Source: Balanoglossus misakiensis
Taxonomy: Eukaryota; Animalia; Hemichordata
Length of the DNA: 64,000 bases
NCBI GenBank assembly: GCA_040954595.2
Contig: CM082594.2
Span: 11,858,985 to 11,922,984, forward strand
Direction: 5' to 3'
Shown here: piece after piece, positions 1 to 15,200 of the stretch
Numbering within the stretch: the first letter of the stretch is position 1
How the letters are laid out: each line of letters opens with the position of its first letter
Made by a program: the position numbers and the translations under genes
The notes under the pieces: generated by a model
Databases searched by the model: none
Seen by the model: the letters and a program-made list of their open reading frames with translations, nothing else
Told to the model about the DNA's origin: nothing

Positions 1-3000
1 ACGTGTCCATGACTAGAAAAGCATTGCGTTTATCTTTTAAAGGAAGTGATGGTGAATATCATTGTATCCACTGGGCATGTGGTGCTTTCAACAGTAAGGC
101 GACGTGTATTGCCCTTTAACGAAATAAACAAGCATCCATGCAACCATGGTAATCGTAAATGCAACCATGATAATCGGAGTCAGAGTTGTAATTCACCATC
201 TAATCTGAAGAATGTTTTTGCCATGACTAACTTGTTGCATAAATGTTTAAAAACGTGTGATACGTGGAATCACAACCAGCCAAAGGTGTTGTCGTTATCT
301 ATTTTGTACTTCTCGCCCATATATGATGTTTCACAAAAGTGTCACTCAGGTTACACTTGAATGTACACAAAATGTCTGTGCAAACATGGTGACGTCATCT
401 ATAGAATGATGCATGTCCTGACTATTCTCTGTGTATACGCATATACGTTGAGGACGCACTCGTGGAGCTGCAGTGATCTGTTATGCAAATCACCTGCGAT
501 ATTTGACTGTCTGATTTGATACGGTTGGTTTATTACTCTATGCGTTTCAAGCGAGGACGTGTCAGAACTTATTCCATTTTCGTGCTGAGGGCAACCTGAG
601 GTACAAGGTATGTAAAGTGGGGTATAGCATTGAGCTGTATCACGTAAAATACGGACAGAACTTAATTCCCGGTAAATAATCTTCTCCCACTTAGGATTCG
701 GTAAACATGATGGCGATCAAATACGGTAGTTGTTGTACTCATTACCAATAATTACACTGTACCAAGAATAGTCTGACAGTTCTCACAACTCCATGCGAAT
801 TTGCTAGCTCCGATGCACACGCAAACTTTAGAGCTGCTATGGAAATACTGATTTTACCCCTTATCCATTACTATCACATTAACAAGTATTATAAGCGCAA
901 ACATGAAGTGTTAAAACTTTGTACTATCTTAACACAGGTTTCACACATCTTGTTTTCTCATACGTTTTTTTTCTTTACCACCCACATTCACAAACGTATA
1001 CTTGAACCCGTTACAATCAAACGCAATGTTTATGATATTATCTCCCTTTCTTGTTTCCGACAGAAGTTCTAAGTATTGTTTTAAATAAATTATTGGCCAC
1101 TGTCTCTGTTGAAAGATTCCCGCTCATCAAATATTCATTCTTCCTGCTTTATTTTCTGAGTAATATTACAAATCTCATAGACGTCAACTGTCTGGAAGAC
1201 ATGCTTTTAGACATCGAAAATTGCATAGACATTATCTATAGCAGATCCAAAGCCTTAATTGAACAGTCGGAAAGTAAATAATTCAAATACTTATAACTTT
1301 AACCCTTGAAATGCCAAATATAAACGTCATCTTGTGTCATCTTATCTGCCGATTGGCACTTTTTCCAAGAAGAGGAAGAATGGTAAAGCAATCCGATAAG
1401 TGATATTTGTGCGAAAATGTTTTTTACTGTAGGCTAATTCGTATTCCATTCATTTGTTACGTTTTATGATATGGTTCCTTTTGTGCTTAAAGGTGGTGGA
1501 AGTATCCCTTCTTTCTTTCCCCTAATCCAAATTAAATAATGTGATTGGTTTTTCTCATTTCTCCGTTTCGTGGAAGTATCACTATCTGTTAATAAACTTT
1601 CGTATGGCGAAATAAATGAATTAATAATTCAGTGGCGGCAAAATTGAAAATGCATATTCAAAAAGGGTATTCCATTTTCGAAAATATAGCCCTAGGGAGC
1701 ACCACATTCATTTCCTGCTTAATTTAATTGAAAATTTAGTGGTATATACCGTACTTGTGATACAATGTATTTTCAGTATCAACACGTTAACGAAACACAT
1801 GTTAACAAATGCATGTCTATATTGCAACTACAATCAACATCAGCTATGCATCATCCTCATCAGATTGAATGAGGGAATTAACTGGAGAGAACACAAGGTA
1901 TGAGAACAGTCAAACAGAATTCGACACACTGTCTTTAATCCCAATAGATGATTTTCTGCTTACTGCAAGATCTCGCTAGACAATAATAACTGTAGCAACG
2001 TGTTGGTAGTTATGTAATACAATCAAGATTGTGTGAAACTAGAATAGGTGCAGAATTGAATAAAAAATGGAATTGCTGTGCCCTTTAATAAGATAGAATG
2101 GGAAGGATAGCAAATGGTGTTCCTTCTATAGAAAGTAGCCATTTGACTTTCCTAGTCTTACATTACTGCATACACCAATGTAATATGGTTTCCTTCAGCA
2201 TTTCTCTTAGTTTATCTAAAACCATTGTCATGATTAAATGCATTTTCTATACCATTCTCAAGCCCAACTCACTGAGCCCTAGCTTGCTGATGAAAAGTGC
2301 AAAAAGCAGGTCAGAATATAGTCAGTTTAATCCAGTCTCCGGCAGTAAACTTTTATGTTTGAATATTACGTCAGAAGACTGTCTTTATTTTGTGAGAAGC
2401 ATTGTCAACAATTCTAAGATGACTCGGGTTGACAGGCTTACAGCTACAGAGGAGCGTTCAGTTGGTAATATCAGTAAATCACCACCAATTGGCAAGCTCA
2501 GGCAGTAAAAAACTTAAACACACAATGTTCTCTAAGTTCTGTCTCTGCCATAAAGCATGTAGCATTACAATGAACCGCCGCCTCGCATCAGCAAAAAAAA
2601 CCCACTCAATATGTGCCCTGTCAGTTCATCCAGACACCAAAGCCTTCAATGAATTTTAGGAATGTTTACAGATTATCATCTTCTATCTGGCAATCATAGG
2701 GAAAAAGATACATACATATTCTATTGCTGTAGATACCAAACTCCCACTCAAACCCCCTCCAGGAATACTGCAACCATGATTAGCATTTCTAATGCAGAAA
2801 ACTTTAACGACCAATAATAAAGTCCAAACTTCCTATTCAAAACAATATTCATCCCACCGTGAATGTGAAAACAGACTTTACACTTTCTCAACCATGTGTG
2901 GTAAGGGCGCCCTCCAATCTGACGCATCGCCACGCGTCACCGATTATTAAACAGATATGCAGTGATAGTCATAAGGTACACTTTCCGATGTAGTCTCGAC

Positions 3001-6000
3001 GAGCAGTTGTCTCGTGTAACGCATGACATTTAAAGAAGACCAGCAGCAAAAAAGGTATGTGACTAAGTTGACCAAACGTTTCACTATCATTTTCGAAGAC
3101 CGTTTGAGTGATTTTCATGTATAATGTTAGCCTTTAATCAAATTTTTCTTGTGAATATTTGTGATTATTTGAAAACTAACCAATTTTAAATGTCATCCTT
3201 CATAACGAAATAAAGAATATTCCTTAGCAGAACTTAGTGCTATGTAAAAATGTAATAGAACACACTTTTTCCATGCTTCTTACAAACCTCCATCAATTAG
3301 GGACATGTTTCCTCGACAGGAGATTATTTAGTATAGTATAAACAAAACATTGTTTGTAGATAATTTTCTTAACAATTTCCAAGGAGTTTATTGTATGTTT
3401 TGATGTTTGGAAATATTTGGAAGCATTTTATTTTTCAAAATCAAGTATACTGAAAAAGTCCTTCATACATTCTTAAAACATGAATTTGTTATGACTAAAT
3501 GTCACATCATATCCAGATTTCTCTGTTTGACGTGAGCTAAAACGTGGTTCCATATTTATGCTGATCAACCTACATACAGTGAAAACAAGAGTTGCTTTTA
3601 ATGAACATGGGTTTTGTATAACATGGTAGAGAAGTCACCTCTTAGGTCTTAGTTATTTTAATCGAGTTGCCCCTGCCTGTGTTGGAACAATTATTTCACA
3701 AGATGTCTGGCAATTTGATATCTTACCATTGCAGTTGCACTCTTTATTCGTGCATTTCTTTATATCTGGATTTAATCAACGTTCATTCCATTTTCTGCTC
3801 GACCATTTAAGCACCCCTATTGGCTTTGTGTTACGACAATTTCGATGATAAAGTGGAGTTTCAATACGAGCGCTTGGCAACATCGCCTAGTCGGTGTTCC
3901 ATCTTGAACATGATTAGCTTTGTTATAGTACTTCCGGAAAGAAAGGAAACAGATGCAATAATATTTCTATTCTATAAAATACAAATACAGAAATAATATT
4001 ATTTTCGTCAATATAAAATATTTGTTTGTGTGGATTTAGTCAAATTCTGCTAACAGAAATAATTAGAAAAATATCAATGGTTACCTTGAATAACAATGAT
4101 TATTATTGGCCTTGGTTTGATGTCATAGTAAGTATATTTTCCATATCAACTTACAAAAGAATTCATATTTTCATCAAACATTTGCGTCAGTCAGGCTAGC
4201 TTATTTGACCTTATGTTCAAGTCAACATTTTGAATGTAACATGCAGCTATTTTCTATATTTTGTTCTGTTTATTAACTGTGGTTTCTGGTTCTGCATCAT
4301 GGTGTGAACTAAACAAATTGAATTCAAGTCCGAACTACACAAGTCAACAGCATTGACTAAACCATTACTAAACTTAGTAAATGAAAATCTTAAACCACTC
4401 TCAGCAACAATTTCTAAACCTATTAAGCCTTTTCATCATGTCTATTATGAAACTGATTAAATCTTTAGCCATTTTCTGCGCAATGTCTCCTCTGGCTAAT
4501 GATGTTAGTTACTGATTTTAAATCGAGTTTCTAGTATTAGAATACAGTAGAAAACAATTTCTCATAGAGTGGATGTTTTATCAACAGGTTTCTTATTAAC
4601 TATCTCTTTGTAAACGAATGATGAATGGAGGCTCTTTTGTCAAAGTTTAACTGTTCTTTCAGGACTAGGATCTGTGTCTGGAAGGTTCGCATGAACAAGG
4701 CAGGAGAGTAAAAAGTCCCTCAGATGGTCTAATTGTTGCGAATCGTGTATTTGAACACCTTATTTAAATGGTAGCCATGCTTTGGTATCATTACCTTCAA
4801 TTTGGTTATTCTACTTTAAAGCACATATTAAGAAATCAAGTGCACAATCCTTAAATTACTTAATCTGTACATTAATGCTACACGTTAAACAAAGTCTTCA
4901 ATCAGACCCAACGTAAGATGTATAAGCTGTTCGAAGGTTTAAAGGCAATCTAAGAAAGCCAAAGCCATACAGTGAGATGATCTAAAAATGCAATTTGGGA
5001 ACTTCCCCTCGACCTCTTTAGTCTCTGACCATCTCTGAGCTTTGTTTGAATACAGATATAAATGAGTAACTGACCGTGAAGTATATGATGTTTGTGAATT
5101 AAATGCCATACATGACTTGGATGGAACCCATACTCGCGTTTCAGTGCTTGGAAGCAAATAGAGCATGAATGTAATTTTTGAAATTATGGCACAGGTTTTC
5201 AAATATTATACGTTACAAATATCAAGCAAATATCAATATTATTTGTAATGACAAGACTTCAGTATATTGTTAACACTCTCCTGACCGCTTCGTATGTATT
5301 TTACTATTTTCCACTACTGCACACAGTGACTAATGACAGTCGTGTCTATTTAAGACAGTCTACGCATTCTTTGATATGATATTATCCTAAGGAAGGTAAT
5401 TGAAAACTCCTCATTCTCTCGCTCTAATAAACCCTCGACCAAATTGTAAGGTCAAATATTTGAAGAGCACTTACAGCCGCGATCAGTTTTCACTTTTAAA
5501 TTAATTGAATGTATGGTGTATGCTTCCCGTCAATCAGTTGGAGTTATTTGAAATAAAAATACAGTAGGCCAGTATGCAGTGCATAATGTTCCATAAAAGA
5601 TGATCGAGTTTCGCTCTCATAGCAGTTGACGGATGGATGCCAATTGTCTGTGTGAACGGAGTCATTATGTTGATGACTGCTCAAAGGGGCTCTTGCTCAA
5701 ACACTCGAGCTATCTCCATCGCGGCCAGAACAGTCTTTATCGCATTAGCAGAATGTATGCCGGTTCAACTGCTGTCTGGCTGCATAATCAACATATGCAG
5801 TCAAGCCGTTTGTCAAACACTTGTCAACTTTGTCGATACACCTCAAACCTTCAGTTGCCAGCAAACCCATGCAGCTGGGGCCTGTTCTCCCCAGAGGCTG
5901 CAGGAATTAATCCGCCGTCAATAGAAATTTCCCACTGCGATTTAGAGAATGAATCTGGGCTCTATCAATCAAATTGACAATATAGCCCTGGCACATGTGT

Positions 6001-9000
6001 AGTTACACACATCTGGTTTAAGTTCAGAGGTGTCTCTTTCCCCCTGAATTTATACAATTCGTTGAATATATGAACAGTAAATTGTGCGCATTAAGTATGA
6101 AGTCGTGGGGACTACGTGACTTGTTAAAAAGTTTGTGGCAAAATTACCCATGGTAACAAAGCAATTCAAGTTCATCCAGTGACTTGAATGTAATTTGTGT
6201 GATACCACACGCCAGAAAAATAATTCAATTTGGGCCTCATTCCGTAAACCCGCAGAGATTCACAATCACATAATATAAAACCGTCTAATCAAACACGGAA
6301 CCTTCATCTCTTCTAAGTGGAATAAGAGCGGCAACCTACTATATTGTCATGGAAACAGATTCCTTCCCCACAATTAGATACAGAGTAATATCAAAGTTTA
6401 TTTAAGGGTCTAAGACATTCACCGGTATTTCACATGCAACACCTTGGTGCTCATAATGCACGCCAAGAAAGAAAGAGTTCTCCTTGTATTTAGGACACGT
6501 AAGGCAATCACCCCTCTTCACACATCTAGCATATGTTGCATACAACCTTGGGCAAGATATGCTTTTGACTGGTTTCTGAAGTCCTGCTTGGCGCCCACAA
6601 GCAGCATGCAATTCTACCTCTCACGACTCACTTCTTTACCCTTTTCACAAACCTCTCCATTTCACCATGAAATTGTTAATTAAGATACACCCGCAAATGC
6701 ATATAAAATCTACAGCACTGACGCCGGAGATGTGATAAACGCGATAATTCAGCGCAATTATTCAAACGCGGTTCAGTAACAATATTTTCTCACAACTAGA
6801 TCGACCAACCCATGTAGACTACAATGTGTCTCGTGATTGACGTTTGATTTTGTTGAAATAAATGTCACACAATTGTTTATATAGACAGGGATCTTGGGCT
6901 AACTGCTCATGTTGGAAAAACAGAACGCCGACGATGGTGCTAATAATATTTGGTAGAATACAGATAACACATACTCCTCTGTGTGCATCAATACAATTAC
7001 GACATTCGCATAAATAAGACAGACATGATTGTCCAGCGTAACTATGGCAACTGGGTAATTCAACTGATTAACAATTTATATCGTCACTGCAAGTAATGCC
7101 ACTTGAAGAAACCGCTGATTAAGTCAAATTTTCATCAATCTTCAAATTGCTGTTCAGTTGAACCAAACAGATAGATACCACGTGCTAGGACACATCTTAT
7201 ATTGAAAAAAGCGGCTTTGTGAATGCAGCATTCCTAACAGCCTTACATGCTGAGATGTAACAATTTTGCTTACATCTTCACATCAGCAACACGCCTTTTA
7301 TTATGACACCATTTGGACATGGTCACGAACATATGTCCATTATGCACAATGCAGTGTATGGCAATGAAGACATTTTTCTCAAAACTGCATGACTAAACAG
7401 ATATGTACGGCATTAAATTTATATTCCTATATTCCCTAGAACCGCGTGCTTAAGGTGAAACATGTCGCATGACACATACTGGCATCAGTCAACAGAATTG
7501 AATTATGAAGTGACACATACCATTGTTGTCAATCGCATTTTGTCTGGGAGATTGTTGGACTTTCTTCAACACACAAGGAGTTGCTGCAACATAAAACATA
7601 AAACCCATTGGTAATTTAAATGATAACATTCCACCATAACTAAATTAGTCAGTCTATCCTTGGGAGGGTATAAAGCAAAGTGGGTATATGAGAACCATGC
7701 AGTGTTTCTCTTAAGGGTACGAGTGTATCAATGTAAAATGGCCCAATATACAGTACGGTTGACATATTTTTATCATGCATGACCTCAAAAACAGGTTCAT
7801 CTAAAAGAAGGAATTGTGAGCAGCATGCTCACTTACCAGCGTGACATATTCATCTAATCCATCATAGTATTCTGAACCATATTTCCTTTCATTCTGATTT
7901 GGACCTGACGATGACTGACTTAATTTCTGTGAACATAAAAGGAAACAACCTCCATAGGAAAGTAAAATCTTAACTGTAATGTCAAACGGTTAACTAGAAA
8001 TTGACCCATAATCACATTTAATAATTTTAATTTTGACCGCAAAATAATGAGGTTTCTGTTTTCAGCAACTTTAAAGAGCTTAAGGTTGAATGTCTGTCTT
8101 CTGTTTTATTTGGGGCTAAATTCACAAAGAGGAGATTAAAATACAGGGCCTACATTCACCATCTCATCCAAAACCCCACCTCCATTATGATCTGCCCATG
8201 ATATAATGCGTTAAACATGCACTTTCGAAGAACAGAGGTGATGTGGTAATGTGAGTCAAAAACTGCAAAATAAGAAGTGTAAATAGTCTATTAAAGAAAA
8301 GTTACAGTTCATTGAGACCTGTCATCAGTAGCGTGAAATCTCTAGAGTGATTTCGCTACGGGGTAATCATAGTTCATTTGGTCCCAGATTGCAGTGAATT
8401 TCCAACAATGCGTGAAACGGAAATGAAGTCGGTATTAGCATTTTGTAAGAATAGACCACATATGGCTTTTTCATAACAAATCAGGTGCCAATTTGAAGGC
8501 GGTAACTACAGGTCTCTTCTATAAAAACAAAAAGTCCTAGGCAGCTTGAAAGGCACGCAAAGGATGTTCATAACATTCTTCGCCAATTACCTATCATCTA
8601 ACATAATCTCCCAGCAATTAAATGATGAGACCCTGATGTAATAAAATCAGACTGTCTAAGTGTAATAAGATTACCTTTGTGCTTGGCAAGCAATTGCTCT
8701 AATACAAGTCATCAATCAATTAAGCATCACCCTGAATGGCATTCAAGCATTTATATATACACATACACTCTGAGACCACTACGCTATATTTGACAAACAT
8801 TTATTTTTTGTTCATTTGTCGCATAACAGTGGCGAGGGTACCAGGGTCATTTGCACTATCACAGGAAGGTGAGTTTGAGATTCATCATGGCCCCAGTGTT
8901 GTGCCCTGGAGTAGGGCATTCTGCTTTTCATTGCTTCTCCTTTAACAAGGAGTGTGGGTGCTGCATCCTGTTATTTGGGTTGTCTCGCTTCTAATTACCT

Positions 9001-9927
9001 TTGAGTTTCTGTCAACTGATATTCATGTTTTATATGACTACTGGGCAGTACTTGCGAAAGGTTGTGGGTTAATTCTCTAATCATAAATGCTTCAGTGGAC
9101 ACACTGGATGACAAATCTCGTGTAAATGTCATGCCCGCAAATACACAAATACAACACAATCTAAATATCCCACGTATCACTAGAAATATAAATTGTCACA
9201 GCAATTTTAAAATGTCAAATGATGTCAATTCTCACAGTGATGAACACTATCGTTCCGGAGCAGATGATGATAGTATAAAACATTGTTTCCTGTAATAACA
9301 AATATTCCAGGACACATTTACCCCTCATTCAAGATTCATTAGGTAACCTGAGCTCCATCAAACATAACAGGTTACAAACAAGTTTCTTTATGACTCTAAT
9401 ATCTCCCTCATCTAGCATTACATATCTGACGTTATTTTCGACCTTTTCAAAAGTCACAAGTTCAACAGTTATGGACGCATTTATTCTCCTTCATTAGGAA
9501 GCATTGATGCAAAGCATTCAATTTATTGACACAACTTGCAGGTTACGCCAACAACAAAATCATATATTATTAATCGCCAGTGAAAGTGTAGGCTACCCCA
9601 TGGTGGTTTGGAAGGAACCAGCAAGCAGAGCAATATGAACAACTTCTTATCCGACACAATACTAGTAATATGTCATGCGATTCAAACCTCTTAACCTTAT
9701 GCTGTAAAATTCAATACAAATAAATATGACAGAAAAACCTTTAAGTCAAGTTCTTCAAGGCAGACAACTTCCAGTTTATTCCAACGTTGCTACGAATTTC
9801 TACTTTGCTATTCGAATAGCATTGTGTGGTTTTATAAAATATTGTCAGAACGTAAATTGCAACAGAAAGATCCAAGTATTAATTTGACATTTTTGTTAAC
9901 TTATTATTTTCTTTTACTTGTTTACAG

Positions 9928-10027
9928 ACAGAAGGGTCTCATGTAAGTTTACATTTGGAGGGTACGTAAAACAACAACGGGGAAAATAGAACTTCAGGTG
10001 CAACACAACATCGGCAAAAATCTACAG
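9928..10027 (+). other. Putative non-coding 5' UTR exon of the GPCR gene
   Basis: Pyrimidine-rich acceptor (ttttcttttacttgtttacag|9928) and a CAG|gtaggt donor at 10027/10028. A second acceptor (ttatttcag|10917) lies 24 nt before the GPCR ATG. No transcript evidence. Confidence 0.4.
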
Positions 10028-10940
10028 GTAGGTTCAACAGTATGAATAATCTTACAGATATACCAGGGCACTTGCAATAAGCTCACCAGTAAACCCAGTA
10101 CTGTGCTCTGCGCATATAAATAAATCGCAGATGACGGCTCTACCCTGTTCAATACAAGTTAAGAGGGACACGATTGAACAATGTACTGAACACGACTTGA
10201 GCAATCAAAAGCGGTAGTAACAAAGGGAAGCTCGTTAAACAACATTTGAGCGACAACTACATGAAAACGATCACAGTTCATACATCTCTTCATTTGGGAG
10301 AATGACATCAAGCATTCGAGCCACAAATAAAATAGCAAGAAAACCATAACTTATCTCTAAGTGCAAGTTAATTAAGCTCTTCGTTTTGGAGAAGGAAATT
10401 GAAGAAGGTTTCATGTTACCCCAATCTGTCAAGTTGCATTTGGCAGATGGACAGTATACTGAGTCATAATGGCACATGCAATTGTCATCTTAAAAAATTC
10501 AAATCATATTGAAGACTTTCTTTGCTTATTATCTTCTGGGATAAGCCATCTCCTTTTAACAGAAAATTACAGATGACATGGGTACAATATGCCACTATGA
10601 GTATTGACTCAAATAGAAATTATTAATAACTATCTGAAAATGTTGATTTACACGTATTTGGTGCATTTATATCACACAAAACTGAGACATTTCCATTCAA
10701 ACTACCAGAATGAAATGGATGCAGTGTAAATGGAAAAGAAACTCACTATCAAGCGAATATGCTGACTTCGGATGAAATGAGTGCAATATCTCGGTGGAAG
10801 CAACACATCATTATTGACTATAATAATCGAATATTCTTGTTACTCCTTCTACATCGATACTGCATATAATTTAAAGATTGTAAATTTTGAACTTGTTGTC
10901 TGTTAACTTATTTCAGAAACACAGGTAAAGAGAAAGGGTC

Positions 10941-12041
10941 ATGGAAAATGTAACCGCGAACCAAACAGAAGTAACAATTGTTGATGATCCATCGAACGGA
11001 TCATTTTCATCAGGAAACGTTTTTCAAGTTCCCGATACCTATGAAGCGATCCTATACTGCGCTTTCTTCGTGCTGATAATAACAGGTAACATCTGGGTAA
11101 TAGCTGCCGTCATACGACAACCGAAACTTCGAAAGTCAACTACCAATTGGTTTATTGTGTCCCTGTCATTATCGGATCTGTTAGTGGCAATCTTTCAGGT
11201 ACCGTACCACTTCTTTTACGAGTATTTCCCAGGTGTGTTCAATGCTCTCAATGATGACATTGTGGTGTGTCGCACCTTTGCCTGGTTCCAGTGGACGGCG
11301 CGTTTCGCTACTGTCAACTCCCTCATCGGCGTTGGTGTCGATCGATTTAGAGCCATCGTGCAGCCTATGAAACCCAAGATTTCAGGAGCTCAGGCAGCAT
11401 GGATTATAGCGATAATATGGCTGGCATCGCTGGGGTATTCCATCTATAGACCGATCATGTACACCAAGCAAGTCTATACGTTCGGAAACAGCACCCTGGC
11501 TTTCTGCATGGTGGCTTTCGAGTATCGCCCAATCTACCACTGGTCCAGGTTGATGGATTTTCTTGTGATGTACCTGGTTCCCTTGATTGTGATCACCAGT
11601 CTTTATGCTACCATGATCGCCACTCTCTGGTTTTCCAAAGGACCATCTAATGCGTCAAACCGTAACAAAAGAAGGGCTGTGAAAATGCTGTCGCTGGTCG
11701 TCATCATGTTCGCCTTCAGTTGGTTTCCATACTATTGGTTCACGCTGTACTACCAGTACACAGATCCATTCGATATCGAGACGCATATGGTGAGGCACTC
11801 GATGATTTTCTGGCACATTGCCCACACCGCTTACGTCAGCAACAGTTTCATCAACCCCTTCCTGTATGCCTACTTCAGCGAAAGTTTCCGCAGAGAATTC
11901 TACCGTATGTTTCCATGCCTTCGACGCTTCGCCACACCCAGGGTTGCACCAGACACCACTATGAACTCCAAGTCGCGCACTAATGGTACCTTAGTTAGTA
12001 CAGTGTCCCAGTCACACGTTGGTGCAGACAGTACCGTCTAG
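10941..12041 (+). CDS. Rhodopsin-class (class A) GPCR, neuropeptide-receptor-like (QRFP/NPFF/tachykinin/galanin-type), 366 aa, single coding exon
   Basis: Seven hydrophobic segments. TM1 GN (ITGNIWV), TM2 SLSLSDLL, TM3 Cys and DRF (GVDRFRAIV), TM4 W, ECL2 Cys, TM5 YLVP, TM6 FSWFP, TM7 NSFINPFLY, helix 8 SESFRREF. N-terminal sequons NVT, NQT and NGS. Confidence 0.95.
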   Translation: MENVTANQTEVTIVDDPSNGSFSSGNVFQVPDTYEAILYCAFFVLIITGNIWVIAAVIRQPKLRKSTTNWFIVSLSLSDLLVAIFQVPYHFFYEYFPGVFNALNDDIVVCRTFAWFQWTARFATVNSLIGVGVDRFRAIVQPMKPKISGAQAAWIIAIIWLASLGYSIYRPIMYTKQVYTFGNSTLAFCMVAFEYRPIYHWSRLMDFLVMYLVPLIVITSLYATMIATLWFSKGPSNASNRNKRRAVKMLSLVVIMFAFSWFPYYWFTLYYQYTDPFDIETHMVRHSMIFWHIAHTAYVSNSFINPFLYAYFSESFRREFYRMFPCLRRFATPRVAPDTTMNSKSRTNGTLVSTVSQSHVGADSTV

Positions 12042-12217
12042 AATTATACCTTCTAGCTAATGATTACGAAGACAGCAATCGCTTCTCGTTTTCCTCGTAA
12101 GGACAATAACAACATTTCTCCAACCAATATAAGCCACACATCGACTTTAGCTGGATATCATGGAAGTATCAGAACACACAATAATAATAAGTGAACCAAA
12201 GATTGTTTTTTACACAA

Positions 12218-12279
12218 AACAACACAACACAACACAACACAACACAACACAACACAACACAACACAACACAACACAACA
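12218..12279 (+). repeat. (ACACA)n pentanucleotide microsatellite in the presumed GPCR 3' UTR
   Basis: Direct reading: aacacaacacaacac... about 12 units. Confidence 0.95.
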
Positions 12280-15200
12280 TCATTTCTATGAGGGAAAGAG
12301 ATGTGTTTCTCAGAGGGGTATTAATCTAAATGAATACCTCTCTCACATGTTATCGGATATCATATACCAAATGTACTAGCAATACATACTTGACATAAAA
12401 GCCTTTGAAAATATATATCTATAGTCTTTTCAATTCATGGGTAATTTTTAATTTACTCAACGGACGGGATTTCACCAAGATGAAGGGCCAGTAACATGTA
12501 ACTTTTGCAGTTACACTCTTATTATACAAATATTTACTTCATGTAAGAACTACATGTATTTAAGTGGGTAGTTACACTGTTTTGAATAAGTTAATGATCT
12601 TAAGCTTTGCTTCGTAACATAAGCATATGTGTTGTTAAATGATTAACAAAGCGTTCAATTGTATATGTTCTTCGTAAAATGCGCATTAGATATTTTCCAA
12701 TGTTTGACAAAGACTTTAAGTACTAATGTTCCTCAAAGAAAACAAGTATTTTCAAGCAGTGATGAAACGTCGGTTGGACAGAGCTGAGTATCAGTACTGA
12801 TGTACCGGGTACTTGCTTCATGTGTTAAAAGCATTGACCTAATTGGCATTGATATATTCTTATGTTATGATCAGTACATGTAAGAGTAATGTGTGCTTAC
12901 CAAGAATAAGCGACCACTTTTTAATGATCTGATCTGATCTGCAATGTTCAGTTTTACAAATACATGTATATTCATTGGTGATCACTATAAATCCAGTCAA
13001 ACTTTCTTCAAAACTTGTAGTTTAATTTCAATCTCGCACGAACAATGCCTAGTAGATCGTACTCAGAAATCACTCCGAAATTGGATTACTAAACTAGTTA
13101 TGTCATCATGATTTTCTTTGTGATTATTTACCTATCATGAGCTTAATTAAAATACTTACAATCATGAATCATACATTTATTATGATATTTATTTTCAATG
13201 TTATTGTTTGAAGACAATAAAGTTATGTTTCGTGCAGTGGCAAGTTTCATCTATTTCATAATTAAGACAACACACTTACAGCTTGCACATGAACATAAAC
13301 ACCATACGCGCATTGTCTATTGCGTACATTCAAATACAACCCTATCCATGCCTCAAATCATCAAATATATGAGGTACATATACAAAACTCGATTCCTGAG
13401 CGAATGAGACTAATCTTATACATTCGCCTTTATGACATCTTCTGACGTACATGATACTGTGAAAATACCGCATCTTCCGGATAACCATTAAATCTCCTTG
13501 TTCAGTCTAAAAATTTACTAGAACTAGCTATCATGTTCCACCTCTGGAAAACAATCACCCATCCACATGATCACTGTTGACGGACCCTTTCATGTGTAAA
13601 CGGATACCACAAGTTCTATCGCATTCTTCCTATTAGCCAATTATGTAAATTAGCAATAAACGTCCATGACAAGAGCTACGTCCTGGTTAATAAAGCCATT
13701 ACAATATGCACCATAATGAGATACCAATCATCAGATTGATTGAAATGGAATATGATAGCTATTGATATGAACTCTACAACCTCTTTATAATCTGATGGAT
13801 CATGTAAAAGAAGGGGAGAGTAATATTATCTCTTGATGTTATTGATCATGTAATCCATGAACGCGCAATTCAAGTTGCATTTTAAAAATATACAAGAAGA
13901 GTTAACATTTATCAATTCTAGCCCTAAATAGCTAAATAAATAGAATGAACAAATGAACAAAAGAACAAATCACTTAATGATTGCACGTAGTCCAAAATGA
14001 TGAATGAAAGGATGGATAGATACCTAGACTGATGTACAAACAAAGAGACAGAAAGATTAAAATTATCTCTTATTCTTTTTTGAACAAAACTGTTCCTATT
14101 TATTTCATAAGACACAGAGCCAAACTGCAAAGCGTAGACTTAACATGGACCGTGTATACCTTTTTGTGAAGGCGTGCTAAAACCATTGAAATGGACATCA
14201 GTGCCTTACAGCAAATCTACCTAGGGGCGTTCATTAGAAAGTTTGGTTGTTTCCAGAAATGTTGCAAGGATAGTAAAGGTCTGGTGAGGCCTGAGATAAT
14301 GAAAGAGGCTGTCATTTTTGCATAAACCTGCAACAGTAGAATATATCTATATAATATAATAATAATATAGAATATAATGCTATCTATTCTATTCACTCGT
14401 CGATATTGTGTGATACTGTTTTGAACATGGCACATATTTAACAGTCAGCTTTCCATAAAGAATGTACTGATGCATTTGAATTTCAGGATTTAAACATAGT
14501 ACTGACGTTTAAGTTGCAATCTTGACGTGACAATTAATCCTTTCATAATTCTTCAGGCTGATTTTTGGTCTGGAGGTTTTTACCATTTAAACAAGAATAA
14601 AACGTAGATGCAAGTTTTGAAGAGGCGCAATCGTTACTCGCCTGCACAGTACAGTACCCATGATTTTAACGATTCACTGATATATGAAAGTGCTATTCAC
14701 ATGCGGGCTTTTGTAACTAAAGGCATCATGTCATCATCTTCATCACGATCCGTAAATTCACGATCACTTGGAAATTGTTTTCCTGCGGCAGTCACATACC
14801 CAGATGACTTTGCAGATAATTGCGTTCGCAACAAGATGGCATTATTATGATATGGACACTAAACACTTCCAGTTAGGTCGGTGCCTTTGAATGTGAAGCG
14901 GCCTTTTGTCATCATTAAAGAGACTTTTCCAAGGTATTCAGTTTAATGGGCTTGACCCGCAGGCCTATGCTAATCACCATTGGTTTATTTTTTCTTATTT
15001 AATTTGAGGAGATGCATATCGACCCTTAAACTTTATGTCCTGTTGAACAAGTGCAAATAATTTATGACGTGTTTTATTCCATCTAATGATTGAAAGGATT
15101 GGACATGCACCAATTGGGATTTACGTGAATTCAAACATTCGCTACAAACAAGTTTAGCATTCAATAAAAGACATTTTCTTAAGGGTTAGGGTATGTATGA

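Noticed and set aside
46-9900. Many 60-136 aa ORFs in the first 10 kb
   Set aside because: They have no recognisable domains or consistent exon chain, and their lengths fit chance ORFs in AT-rich DNA.
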